Source of the DNA: Sulfurihydrogenibium sp.
GTDB taxonomy: Bacteria > Aquificota > Aquificia > Aquificales > Hydrogenothermaceae
DNA length: 24,258 bases
Reading direction: 5' to 3'
NCBI GenBank assembly: GCA_037442825.1
Contig: JBBIPN010000014.1
Coordinates: 1 to 24,258 of the forward strand
Shown: positions 9,339 to 18,131 of the stretch, piece after piece
How positions within the stretch are numbered: the stretch's first letter is position 1
How the letters are laid out: the number at the start of each line of letters is the position of its first letter
The notes under the pieces: generated by a model
What the model saw: the letters and a program-made list of their open reading frames with translations, nothing else
Told to the model about the DNA's origin: nothing
Database searches by the model: none
Program-made: the position numbers and the translations under genes

Positions 9339-9516
9339 GTTAAGTTATTGATAAATAAACATTTGCAGGTTATTTACTTTTTGTTTTGTAGTGAAAAAAG
9401 AATCAATCTATAAACACAACTTTCATCTATATATCAATATATCCTAATCCTTCACTCTAATATTTTTCATTAAAACCACAAAACCTAAATGTAATTTTAA
9501 ATCTATAAAATTTTTA

Positions 9517-9525
9517 TGTTATAAT
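9517..9525 (+). promoter_or_regulatory. Extended -10 promoter of rplU-rpmA
   Basis: TGtTATAAT, followed by an AAGGAGG RBS at 9548-9554. Confidence 0.65.
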
Positions 9526-9562
9526 ATTTTTTCTAATTTTGAATCAAAAGGAGGTTTTATAT

Positions 9563-9853
9563 ATGTATGCTGTTGTAAAAACTGGAGGAAAGCAGTATAG
9601 AGTAGAACCAGGAACGTTGTTAAAAGTTGAAAAACTATGTGCAGAAGAAGGTCAATCTATAGAGCTTCCTGCTATATGTGTAAAAACTGATGATGGAAAT
9701 TTAAAAACTGAAGGAACTGTAAAAGCTACTATTTTAAGACATAACAAACACAAAAAAATCTTAGTATTCAAATACAAAAGAAAGAAAAACTACAAAAGAT
9801 TAAAAGGACACAGACAACCTTATACATTAATTAAGATTGAAGAAATAGTTTAA
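9563..9853 (+). CDS. rplU: 50S ribosomal protein L21
   Basis: MYAVVKTGGKQYRV...KGHRQPYT; start reset to ATG 9563 behind a strong RBS. Confidence 0.97.
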   Translation: MYAVVKTGGKQYRVEPGTLLKVEKLCAEEGQSIELPAICVKTDDGNLKTEGTVKATILRHNKHKKILVFKYKRKKNYKRLKGHRQPYTLIKIEEIV

Positions 9854-9867
9854 GGAGGTAATATAGT

Positions 9868-10131
9868 ATGGCATCTAAGGCAAGTGGTGGTTCAACACGT
9901 AACGGTCGCGATAGTATATCTAAACGTCTTGGTGTAAAAAGATACGATGGTCAAACTGTAAGAGCTGGAAACATATTAGTAAGACAAAGAGGTACAAGGA
10001 TTTATCCAGGAAAAAATGTTGGAATGGGTAAAGATTATACACTCTTTGCACTTGTTGATGGTAAAGTTAAATTTGAAACATCAAAAGGTAAAAAAGTAGT
10101 TAGTGTTTATACTGTAGAAACTGCAGCATAA
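9868..10131 (+). CDS. rpmA: 50S ribosomal protein L27
   Basis: [16 protein letters not shown]...RQRGT...[18 protein letters not shown]. Confidence 0.98.
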   Translation: MASKASGGSTRNGRDSISKRLGVKRYDGQTVRAGNILVRQRGTRIYPGKNVGMGKDYTLFALVDGKVKFETSKGKKVVSVYTVETAA

Positions 10132-10134
10132 CAA

Positions 10135-10161
10135 AAAGGCTCTATAAAAGAGCCTTTCTTT
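10135..10161 (+). terminator. Intrinsic terminator after rpmA
   Basis: 9-bp stem AAAGGCTCT (10135-10143) / AGAGCCTTT (10149-10157), 5-nt loop and a T-rich tail. Confidence 0.75.
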
Positions 10162-10166
10162 CTAAA

Positions 10167-11090
10167 ATGTTCTACTTTGAAAAATCAAAAATTTTAAAGT
10201 CTATAAGAGATTATTTTTATAAAACACAAGCAATAGAGGTTTTTACAGATATACTTCAAGATTTTCCAAACTTAGACAACAACATCTACCCTATAGAGTT
10301 AGAAGTATTTAATGAAAAAAAAGAAAAACTAAAAAGATATCTACACACATCTCCAGAACCACAGATGAAAAAAATTCTATCAGAAATAAAATCTGATATA
10401 TTCCAAATAACAAAAGTGTTTAGAAACTTTGAAGGTTCTTTTAAACATAAAATAGAGTTTACAATGTTAGAATGGTATAGAGTAGGTTATAATTTACAAG
10501 ATTTAATGGACGATACAAAAAATATATTTATAGAAACTACTATATCTTTATATAAAAAACCAAAGATAGTATACAAAGGAAAAACTTACGATTTAACGAA
10601 GTGGGAAAGTATCACAGTAGATGAAGCTTTTTATAGATATACTTCTATCTATCCAGATGATATTGACAAAATGAATAAATTTTTAAAAGAAAGAGAAAAT
10701 TATTTTATAGAAACTGAAGATTTTGAAGAACTATTTTTTAGAATATACGCTTTTTATGTAGAACCTTATTTAGGTTTAAAAAATCCTACATTTATATATG
10801 AATATCCGCCAGTACTATCTGCTTTTGCAAAAGTAGAAAACAGTAAAGGAAAAAGATTTGAAGCTTATATACATGGTATAGAACTTGTAAATGGATACTG
10901 GGAACTAAATGATTCAATCGAACTTGAAAGGAGATTAAAAAAAGATTTAGAAAAGAAAAAGTTAGAAGGTTATAGTTACAGTATAGATTATGAGTTTGTA
11001 AAAGCATCAAAAAATCTGCCAGAATGTAGTGGAGCATCCTTAGGTATAGACAGGTTAATTATGGTTTTACTAAATAGAGATTCTATCTAA
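10167..11090 (+). CDS. epmA: Elongation factor P lysyl transferase (EpmA/GenX/PoxA)
   Basis: LysRS catalytic-domain paralog without an anticodon domain: LHTSPE..MKK, FRN.E, EFTMLEWYR, ELVNGY.EL, LPECSGASLGIDRL. Confidence 0.9.
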   Translation: MFYFEKSKILKSIRDYFYKTQAIEVFTDILQDFPNLDNNIYPIELEVFNEKKEKLKRYLHTSPEPQMKKILSEIKSDIFQITKVFRNFEGSFKHKIEFTMLEWYRVGYNLQDLMDDTKNIFIETTISLYKKPKIVYKGKTYDLTKWESITVDEAFYRYTSIYPDDIDKMNKFLKERENYFIETEDFEELFFRIYAFYVEPYLGLKNPTFIYEYPPVLSAFAKVENSKGKRFEAYIHGIELVNGYWELNDSIELERRLKKDLEKKKLEGYSYSIDYEFVKASKNLPECSGASLGIDRLIMVLLNRDSI

Positions 11091-11671
11091 TCATGATATA
11101 TAGGTTCTAAAAACATAATATCAGCTATTTGGTTATTTTTTAAAGAGTATAAACAACCATCTATAGATATAGAACCAACAACAGGTATAGAATTTTTCCA
11201 GTTAAGATTAAGATTTTTTTCAACAACAACTAAATTATCTTTTCCAAAAAATCTATTTTCGAAATCATCTAAAGATGAGATAATCATATCTTCATTGTTT
11301 AGTTTATAAGCTACTTTACCTTTTCCAATATTTACTACAGCAACTACATCTCCACAAAAATAAGAATATTTCCAAACGAGAACATCTAAAGTTTTATAAT
11401 AATAAATTGGTACACTAAGGGAATAAGCCAAGGCTTTAGCTGTAATAACACCTACCCTTAAGCCAGTATTTGACCCAACACCAATATTTACAGAGATACC
11501 CTTTAAATCAGAAAGATTTATTTTTACTTTTTTAAAAGCTTCATCAATTTCTGGTATTAAAATCTCAGAAAATGGTTTTGGTTTTAAATACTCCCTTCCT
11601 AAAACTACTTTAAATTCATCTATCAACGATATTCCAAAATTATCTGAAAAGGTATCTATACTTAATATCAA
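11087..11671 (-). CDS. tsaB: tRNA t6A biosynthesis protein TsaB (YeaZ)
   Basis: ILSIDT, G.GS.TGLRVG...AKALAY and C-terminal LEPIY; TTG start. Confidence 0.9.
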   Translation of the reverse strand: MILSIDTFSDNFGISLIDEFKVVLGREYLKPKPFSEILIPEIDEAFKKVKINLSDLKGISVNIGVGSNTGLRVGVITAKALAYSLSVPIYYYKTLDVLVWKYSYFCGDVVAVVNIGKGKVAYKLNNEDMIISSLDDFENRFFGKDNLVVVEKNLNLNWKNSIPVVGSISIDGCLYSLKNNQIADIMFLEPIYHD

Positions 11672-11684
11672 ACTAACCCTCTTA

Positions 11685-11712
11685 TAAAGTTTTTTATTAC
11701 ATAAACCGAAAA
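11685..11712 (+). promoter_or_regulatory. Putative sigma28 (FliA) promoter of flgM
   Basis: TAAAGTTT (11685-11692), 12 nt, ACCGAAAA (11705-11712), versus the consensus TAAAGTTT-N11-GCCGATAA. Confidence 0.6.
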
Positions 11713-11745
11713 TTTATTATAACTGAAAAAATTTAGGTAAATGTT

Positions 11746-11931
11746 GTGAACAAGATAGATAAGGAGAAAGATATAGAAGAAATGTTAGAAAATTTATTAA
11801 AGGAGCAAGAGATGACTAAAGAGAAAATAGAAGAATTGAAAAAATTAATTCAAGAAGGAAACTATAACATACCTGTTGAAGAAGTTGTAGAAAAGATGTT
11901 AGAAAAATTTAGAAAGAACAAAAAACCATAA
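11746..11931 (+). CDS. flgM: Short anti-sigma28 factor FlgM-family protein
   Basis: EKIEELKKLIQEGNYNIPVEEVVEKML matches the FlgM C-terminal pattern. GTG start 7 nt after AGGT, with a sigma28-like promoter upstream. Confidence 0.78.
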   Translation: MNKIDKEKDIEEMLENLLKEQEMTKEKIEELKKLIQEGNYNIPVEEVVEKMLEKFRKNKKP

Positions 11932-12807
11932 AGGAACAGTTATAAAACTAAAAATTATTCCTAACGCAACAGAAGAGACTGCTAAATCTTTATCTAAATC
12001 AGCTTGAATAACATAAATAGAAGCTAATACCATAGGTGGCATAGCAAGTTGCAAGATGGATACTTTATAAGGTAAAGACGTATTAAAACTTAGTAATATT
12101 AAAATTGTTAATAAAATTAATGGAGAAAGAAAATGTTTGACAAATAAAATAAGAGCTGTAAGTTTTAATCTATTTTTGACATTAGAAAACCTTAAATTTA
12201 ATCCAACTGCAAAAAGGACAAGAGGAATTACAGTCATTCCTAATTTATTTAAAAGGTTTAAAAATATATCTGGGACAGTAAAAGGTTTTATTAAAATTGC
12301 AACTACCAAAGCTATAAAAGGCGGAAACAGTAATAAATCTTTTAAATTTATCTTTATAGCACCTTCTTTTGCATAAGATATAATAAATGGAGCAAGTAAA
12401 AATATAGGTAAAAACATAGAGATATTATCAAAGATTACTGCATACCTCAAACCTTCATCACCATAAAATGAATGTATAAAAGGATAACCTAAAAACCCAG
12501 TATTTGCAAAAGTAGACATTAAAATAAATGTAGATGTTGTTTCCTTATTTAGCTTTAATATCTTAGAAATAATAATAGAAACCACTATTGTTAAAAAAAT
12601 GGAAATCCAGCCAAATATAACAATACCTACAACATCAAAGCCAAACTTTAAATTGTAGATATTGTATATAACTAAAGCTGGAAATCCTATATTCATTATA
12701 AAATCTACATAAGCCTGTGAGTAAGTTTGTGGAATAATATTTAGCTTTCTTGCTATATATCCAATTATAAAAAACACAAATATCTGAAAAATATTTTCAA
12801 TCAGCAT
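11899..12807 (-). CDS. AEC (auxin efflux carrier/Mem_trans) family permease
   Basis: Multiple TM helices with FPALV, FANTGFLGYP, PLVLFAVG and QLAMPP motifs. ATG 12807 preferred; TTG 12813 is possible. Confidence 0.88.
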   Translation of the reverse strand: MLIENIFQIFVFFIIGYIARKLNIIPQTYSQAYVDFIMNIGFPALVIYNIYNLKFGFDVVGIVIFGWISIFLTIVVSIIISKILKLNKETTSTFILMSTFANTGFLGYPFIHSFYGDEGLRYAVIFDNISMFLPIFLLAPFIISYAKEGAIKINLKDLLLFPPFIALVVAILIKPFTVPDIFLNLLNKLGMTVIPLVLFAVGLNLRFSNVKNRLKLTALILFVKHFLSPLILLTILILLSFNTSLPYKVSILQLAMPPMVLASIYVIQADLDKDLAVSSVALGIIFSFITVPLWFFVLSKFF

Positions 12808-12816
12808 TTCCAAACC

Positions 12817-15800
12817 TTAACTATTTTTTAAACCGGAAATTTTATCATAAACAAGTTTATAAACAACAGGAAGAATAAGTAGTGTTAAAACTGTTGATGT
12901 AAAAATACCACCTATTACTACAACAGCAATAGGTTTTTGAGTTTCTGAACCTATGTCGTTTGTTAGTAAGATAGGTAACAAACCAAGAGATGCTGCTGTA
13001 GCTGTTATTAAAATAGGTCTTAACCTTAATCTTGTCGCTTTTTCTATAGATTCATTTATATCAAATCCATTTTGTAAAAGTTGCCTTATGTAGGATATTA
13101 AAACTACACCGTTTAAAGTAGCTATACCAAACACAGCTATAAAACCAATAGCAGCTGGAACAGATAAATTAAAGCCGGATAAGTAAAGAGATAAAATACC
13201 ACCAATAGTTGCAAAAGGTACGTTTAACATAATAATCAAAGCATCTTTTACAGAGTTATAGTTTATATACAACAAGATAAATATCAAAAATATCGCTATT
13301 GGGACAATAATAGAGAGTTTTTTCATAGCCCTTTCTTGGTTTTCAAACTGACCTGCAAACTCAATAAAATATCCTTCTGGTAGTTTTATTTCCTTTGATA
13401 TTTTTGTTTTGATTTCATTTATAAAACTTCCCAAATCTCTTCCTTCAAGATTAGATTGAACCAATGCATACCTTATACCATTTTCATGTCTTATTTTATA
13501 AAAACCTTCTGAAATTTCTATATTTGCAACATCAGACAAAGATAGTAAATAACCGTCTTTTGTTATTATAGGTATGGTTGATATTTTTTCTAAATCGTTA
13601 ATCTGATCTTCTAACCTTACTATGATTGGAAATGTTATTAATCCTTTTTTCAATCGGTTAACTTCATAACCAGAGAAATATTTACCTACTATTGCTAAAA
13701 CTTCTTCCCCTGTTAAGCCATACTTACTTAAAACCTCATTTTTTGGAATAATTTTCAATTGTAGTTTACCACTTTGACTTTCTGTTTCAACATCTACAGA
13801 ACCTTTTGTGTTTTTCAATATCTCTTCTATCTTGAAGCCTATTTTATTTACAGTATTTAAATCATCTCCAAAAACTTTTATAGCTACTGTCGATTTTACC
13901 CCAGAGAGAAGCTCGTCTATTCTCATCTGAATAGGTTGAGTAAAACTAAAATCTACACCAGGAAAATCTTTAAGTTTTTCTCTAAGTGCATTTTCATACT
14001 CATCTCTTGATTTAAAATTTTTCCATTGGTTGTAAGGCTTTAAGGTTATAAATGTTTCTATATAACTTACATCTTCAGGTTCACCCTTTTCAGCTCTTCC
14101 TATATTTGAAAATGCATTTTGAGTTTCTGGAAAAGATTTTGCCATTTCCTCAACAAAATTAGCAACTTTTTTAGCATCATCTAAAGAAACGTTTGGATTT
14201 AGAAAACTTTTTACAAGAACTGCACCTTCATCTAAAGTAGGGGCAAACTCTGTACCTATTCTACTCAATAGAAATACTGAAAAGAAAAAAACAACAACAA
14301 CAGATGTTAATACTATTTTTGGAAATTTAAGGAAAATATTGAGTAATTTATGATAATAGTTATTTAAAATTTCCATAATTTTTGTCTCTTCTTTATTACT
14401 TGGTTTAACAAAGTAGTAAGATAAAACTGGTATAAATACAAATGCAACTATTAAAGATGAGAAGAGAGCAAATATTATTGTTAATGCAAGTGGTTTATAG
14501 TATTTACCTTCTACCGATTCAAAACTAAATATTGGAAGAAAAACAATAGATATAATCAAAATAGCAAATACAACAGGTTTAAAAACTTCCTCTACAGATA
14601 AACTAACAATTTTTAATTTAAAAGGTTTATCTTTTAAACTATCTTTAGAATGGAAAAAATGTCTATAAATATTTTCTACTACTACAACAGTAGCATCTGC
14701 AAATAGACCTATACCAATAGCAAGCCCAGCTAAAGACATAAGATTTCCACTTATATTAAACCATTTCATAAAAATAAAAGCCATAAGTAATGTAATAGGT
14801 ATAGATATTACAACTAAAATAGCAGTTCTAACATTACCAAGATAAAAAATCATAGCAATAGTTATTAAGATTATCCCTTCAATTAATGCTTTTGTTATTG
14901 TATTTATAGCTTTTTCTGTAAGATAAGATTGATCGTAAAGGATTTTTATATCTACATCTTTTGGTAATATCTTTTTTACTTCTTCAAATCTATTGTAAAG
15001 TTTTGAAACTAACTCTTTTGTATTTGTATTTACTCTTTTTAAAACAATGTTTCCTTGAACTTCTTCGCCATTTAATGTAAAAGCTCCCCTTCTGTTTGGG
15101 ACTTCCAATTCAAAAACATCAGAAACATCCCCAACATTTATATATACACCATCTATAGATTTTATTGGTATATTTTTAATATCTTCTATCTTTTCTAAAT
15201 AATTAATACCTCTTACAATAAGGTCACCTTTAGATGTTTTTGAAAAACCACCACCTGAAACTATACCATTCTTTTCTATTGCTAAGGATAAGTCTTCTAA
15301 AGATAGACCTAAAGAAATAAGTTTATCAATGTTTGGTTTTACAATAAAAGCCTTATCAGGTCCCCATTGACTAATCTCTTCAACACCATCTACAGATTTA
15401 AATAAAGGTTTAATCTTCCATTCTTCTAATGTTTTTAAGTCAGTAAGTGTATAATTTTTTGATGTTAACGCATATATCAAAACATTGCCAAGTCCAGAAG
15501 AGTTTGGACCCATTACTGGATTATAATTGGATGGTATAAAAGCTTTAGCATCTGAAAGTTTTTCCATAACTAATCTTCTTGCAAAATATATATCTGTTCC
15601 ATCTTTGAAAAAGACAGATATATAAGATAATCCAGGTAAAGATACGCTTCTAACAGTACTTACATCCTTTAGACCTGACATAACTGTTTCAATATTTTTA
15701 GTAATAATGGTTTCAACTTCTTCAGCAGACAAACCTGGAGCTTCGGTATATATGTTCACTTGTATAGGTGTTGGATCTGGAAAAGTATCTATTGGCAATG

Positions 15801-15885
15801 ATTTATATGAATATATACCTATACCAATAAGAATAGTTAGAAAAAAAATAACAATAAATCTATACGTTAAAATTATGTTTATCAT
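12817..15885 (-). CDS. Heavy-metal efflux RND permease (CzcA/CusA family)
   Basis: LPIDTFPD, GPNSSGLG, NLMSLAGLAIGIG..AD....VEN, QPIQMRIDELLSG, RLRPILITA and QKPIAVVVIGG motifs. Confidence 0.95.
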   Translation of the reverse strand: MINIILTYRFIVIFFLTILIGIGIYSYKSLPIDTFPDPTPIQVNIYTEAPGLSAEEVETIITKNIETVMSGLKDVSTVRSVSLPGLSYISVFFKDGTDIYFARRLVMEKLSDAKAFIPSNYNPVMGPNSSGLGNVLIYALTSKNYTLTDLKTLEEWKIKPLFKSVDGVEEISQWGPDKAFIVKPNIDKLISLGLSLEDLSLAIEKNGIVSGGGFSKTSKGDLIVRGINYLEKIEDIKNIPIKSIDGVYINVGDVSDVFELEVPNRRGAFTLNGEEVQGNIVLKRVNTNTKELVSKLYNRFEEVKKILPKDVDIKILYDQSYLTEKAINTITKALIEGIILITIAMIFYLGNVRTAILVVISIPITLLMAFIFMKWFNISGNLMSLAGLAIGIGLFADATVVVVENIYRHFFHSKDSLKDKPFKLKIVSLSVEEVFKPVVFAILIISIVFLPIFSFESVEGKYYKPLALTIIFALFSSLIVAFVFIPVLSYYFVKPSNKEETKIMEILNNYYHKLLNIFLKFPKIVLTSVVVVFFFSVFLLSRIGTEFAPTLDEGAVLVKSFLNPNVSLDDAKKVANFVEEMAKSFPETQNAFSNIGRAEKGEPEDVSYIETFITLKPYNQWKNFKSRDEYENALREKLKDFPGVDFSFTQPIQMRIDELLSGVKSTVAIKVFGDDLNTVNKIGFKIEEILKNTKGSVDVETESQSGKLQLKIIPKNEVLSKYGLTGEEVLAIVGKYFSGYEVNRLKKGLITFPIIVRLEDQINDLEKISTIPIITKDGYLLSLSDVANIEISEGFYKIRHENGIRYALVQSNLEGRDLGSFINEIKTKISKEIKLPEGYFIEFAGQFENQERAMKKLSIIVPIAIFLIFILLYINYNSVKDALIIMLNVPFATIGGILSLYLSGFNLSVPAAIGFIAVFGIATLNGVVLISYIRQLLQNGFDINESIEKATRLRLRPILITATAASLGLLPILLTNDIGSETQKPIAVVVIGGIFTSTVLTLLILPVVYKLVYDKISGLKNS

Positions 15886-16925
15886 TCCAAACCCCCAAAA
15901 ATCTCGGTTTTAAGGAATAAAACACCATCTATAACAACTTCATCACCTTCATTTAAACCAGATACAACTTTTAAATACTTACCACTTCCTTCTACTTTAA
16001 CCTCTTTTAGCTTAAAAGAGTCATTCTCTTTTACAAAACAAAAAGTTTTTCCATTTTCTTTAAACAATGCTACCGAATTTACCATCAACCCTTTATCACG
16101 ACTAACAGGAACTTTTATATTTACAAACATGTTTGGTTTCAAATTTTCTTTTGGATTGTTTACTACAACTCTTATATCATTTCTCCTTGTTTTTGGATTT
16201 ATATCATGATTGATTAGTGATATTATTCCTTCTAAATCTTGACCTGTAGGAGATACAACTTTAACCTTCTGACCCTTTTTCAAGTTAAATGCTGTCTCAT
16301 AAGGTAACTGTCCTATAATCCATAGTCTTTCATGGGAATGGACCTTCATTATTTCTTCAGCTACCCTTACTGAACTACCTTTAATAACCTTTAAATCTGA
16401 TACATAACCATTAACTCTACTTCTTAATATAACTTTACCATCTGAGACTTCTCCATAAGAATTTAACATTTTAACAAGGGCGTTATATTCTCCAAGATTT
16501 TTCTCATACTCTATTTTTGCATTGTAGTATCTAACATAGGGGATAACCTCTTCTTTATATAACATCTCTTCCCTTTCTAAAACATCTTTTGAAGCTTTTA
16601 GTTTGACCTTTGCCATCTCAATATTTGATTGAATGTTTACTACAGTTGGAGAGTATATTCTTAAAAGAATCTGTCCTTTTTTTACGTCATCTCCTTCTTT
16701 TACATAAATATCATCAACTACACCATCTAACGTTGAAGATACAGAGAGACTTAAAGAAGGGTCTTCTTTTACTTCTGCTGGGAATATTTTATAATCAAAA
16801 AACTCACCATACTTTACTTTTTCTGTTTTTATATTTAGCTTTTTTACAACTTCTGGTTTTAATTTTATTTCCTGTGAAAAAGAAAAAGAAGAAATAACCA
16901 TTAAAATTAAGATTATGAATCTCAT
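15882..16925 (-). CDS. RND periplasmic adaptor (CzcB-like membrane fusion protein)
   Basis: Signal peptide, lipoyl-like VKEGDDVKKGQ, LKPNMF and GLNEGDEVV; 4-bp overlaps with both neighbours. Confidence 0.92.
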   Translation of the reverse strand: MRFIILILMVISSFSFSQEIKLKPEVVKKLNIKTEKVKYGEFFDYKIFPAEVKEDPSLSLSVSSTLDGVVDDIYVKEGDDVKKGQILLRIYSPTVVNIQSNIEMAKVKLKASKDVLEREEMLYKEEVIPYVRYYNAKIEYEKNLGEYNALVKMLNSYGEVSDGKVILRSRVNGYVSDLKVIKGSSVRVAEEIMKVHSHERLWIIGQLPYETAFNLKKGQKVKVVSPTGQDLEGIISLINHDINPKTRRNDIRVVVNNPKENLKPNMFVNIKVPVSRDKGLMVNSVALFKENGKTFCFVKENDSFKLKEVKVEGSGKYLKVVSGLNEGDEVVIDGVLFLKTEIFGGLE

Positions 16926-18085
16926 AACATTCCTCCTAATTCAATATAACTTCCATAAACTTTATGAATCTGATTTAAAATATCTAATCTGTACTTAAGT
17001 GTTTCATAATATTGATTTTTAACAGTAAAAAATTCAAATAAATTTATCTCCTTCAGTTTATAAGCTTTTTCGCTAAGTAAAAACTGATTTTTCATTGGAG
17101 TTAAAACATTCTTATCAATCTCATCTAACTGATTTTTTAATATCTGATAACTTTCTTTTATACTTTCATATTTATATTTGAGATTTTCTATCTCATAATC
17201 TTTTAGATTTTTAAAACTTACTTTCTCGTTTTGGATAGAAACTATCTCCCCTAAATTTCTATAAAACACAGGAATTGAAAAATCTATTGTAAAACCATAA
17301 CTATACTTTCTATTGGAAATTTCATTTGCAACTAATCCAAAAGTTATCTGAGGTTTTGATAAAGCTTTTTGATACTGATAGGCATAGTTTAGAGATTCTA
17401 TCTTTTTTTCTATAGCTTTTATCTTTGGATTATTTGATATATCTATATCCCTAATTGTTGGTAAACTTTCTATATTCCCTTCAACATCATCTACACTTAA
17501 TCCTGTTAAAGAAGAAAGTTTTTTTAAACTTTCTAAATAGTTATTTTTAGACAGATTTAGTTTAACAATAGATAAGTTATATTCTCTCTCCGCTCTTAAA
17601 AAATCTAATTTACTTACCTCTCCAAGTTGATACATCTTTTTAACAAATTCATACGTTTTTTTATTTAAATCATTTTCTTCTATAACTAAGTTGTATAGAG
17701 ATCTTAAATATAAACTTTCGTAAAAAAGTGTGTATATTTCAGATAAATAGCTATTTTTAAGAGATTCAAAGTTAAGATAATAATAATCTAAATCTTTTAA
17801 AAACATATTTTTTTCATAACTCATCTGGTGGTAGAGTTTCAAAGGTTGAGATATAGAAAGCTGTGTTATACTAAATCCACTATTGTTCCCAAAAACCCTT
17901 CCAAACTCTATATACCCTTTTGGATTTTCAAAGGATGAAGCTTTTATAATACTTCCTTCAAAAGATTTAACTTCAAACTCTTTACTTTTTAAAAAATTAC
18001 TATTTAAACTTTTCTCTTTAATTTCGTCAAAAGTCATTGAGTAAGCAAAACTAAAAAGTAAGAAAATTAGAAAAATAAAATACAT
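16922..18085 (-). CDS. TolC-family outer membrane efflux protein (CzcC-like)
   Basis: Signal peptide, YQLGEVSKLD, SIPVFYRN.GEI and AYKLKEINLFE; AGGAGG RBS at 18093-18098. Confidence 0.88.
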   Translation of the reverse strand: MYFIFLIFLLFSFAYSMTFDEIKEKSLNSNFLKSKEFEVKSFEGSIIKASSFENPKGYIEFGRVFGNNSGFSITQLSISQPLKLYHQMSYEKNMFLKDLDYYYLNFESLKNSYLSEIYTLFYESLYLRSLYNLVIEENDLNKKTYEFVKKMYQLGEVSKLDFLRAEREYNLSIVKLNLSKNNYLESLKKLSSLTGLSVDDVEGNIESLPTIRDIDISNNPKIKAIEKKIESLNYAYQYQKALSKPQITFGLVANEISNRKYSYGFTIDFSIPVFYRNLGEIVSIQNEKVSFKNLKDYEIENLKYKYESIKESYQILKNQLDEIDKNVLTPMKNQFLLSEKAYKLKEINLFEFFTVKNQYYETLKYRLDILNQIHKVYGSYIELGGML

Positions 18086-18131
18086 GTCGATTCCTCCTTT
18101 GGAAAATTATTTTAGATAGTAATATTATTAT

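Noticed and set aside
9380..9510. CRISPR array or degenerate repeat after the leader-like motif
   Set aside because: No repeated 28-37-bp unit is visible; I cannot support even a single repeat by eye.
9853..9868. Missing prp (ysxB) between rplU and rpmA
   Set aside because: L27 has no N-terminal extension, so the absence of the protease is expected.
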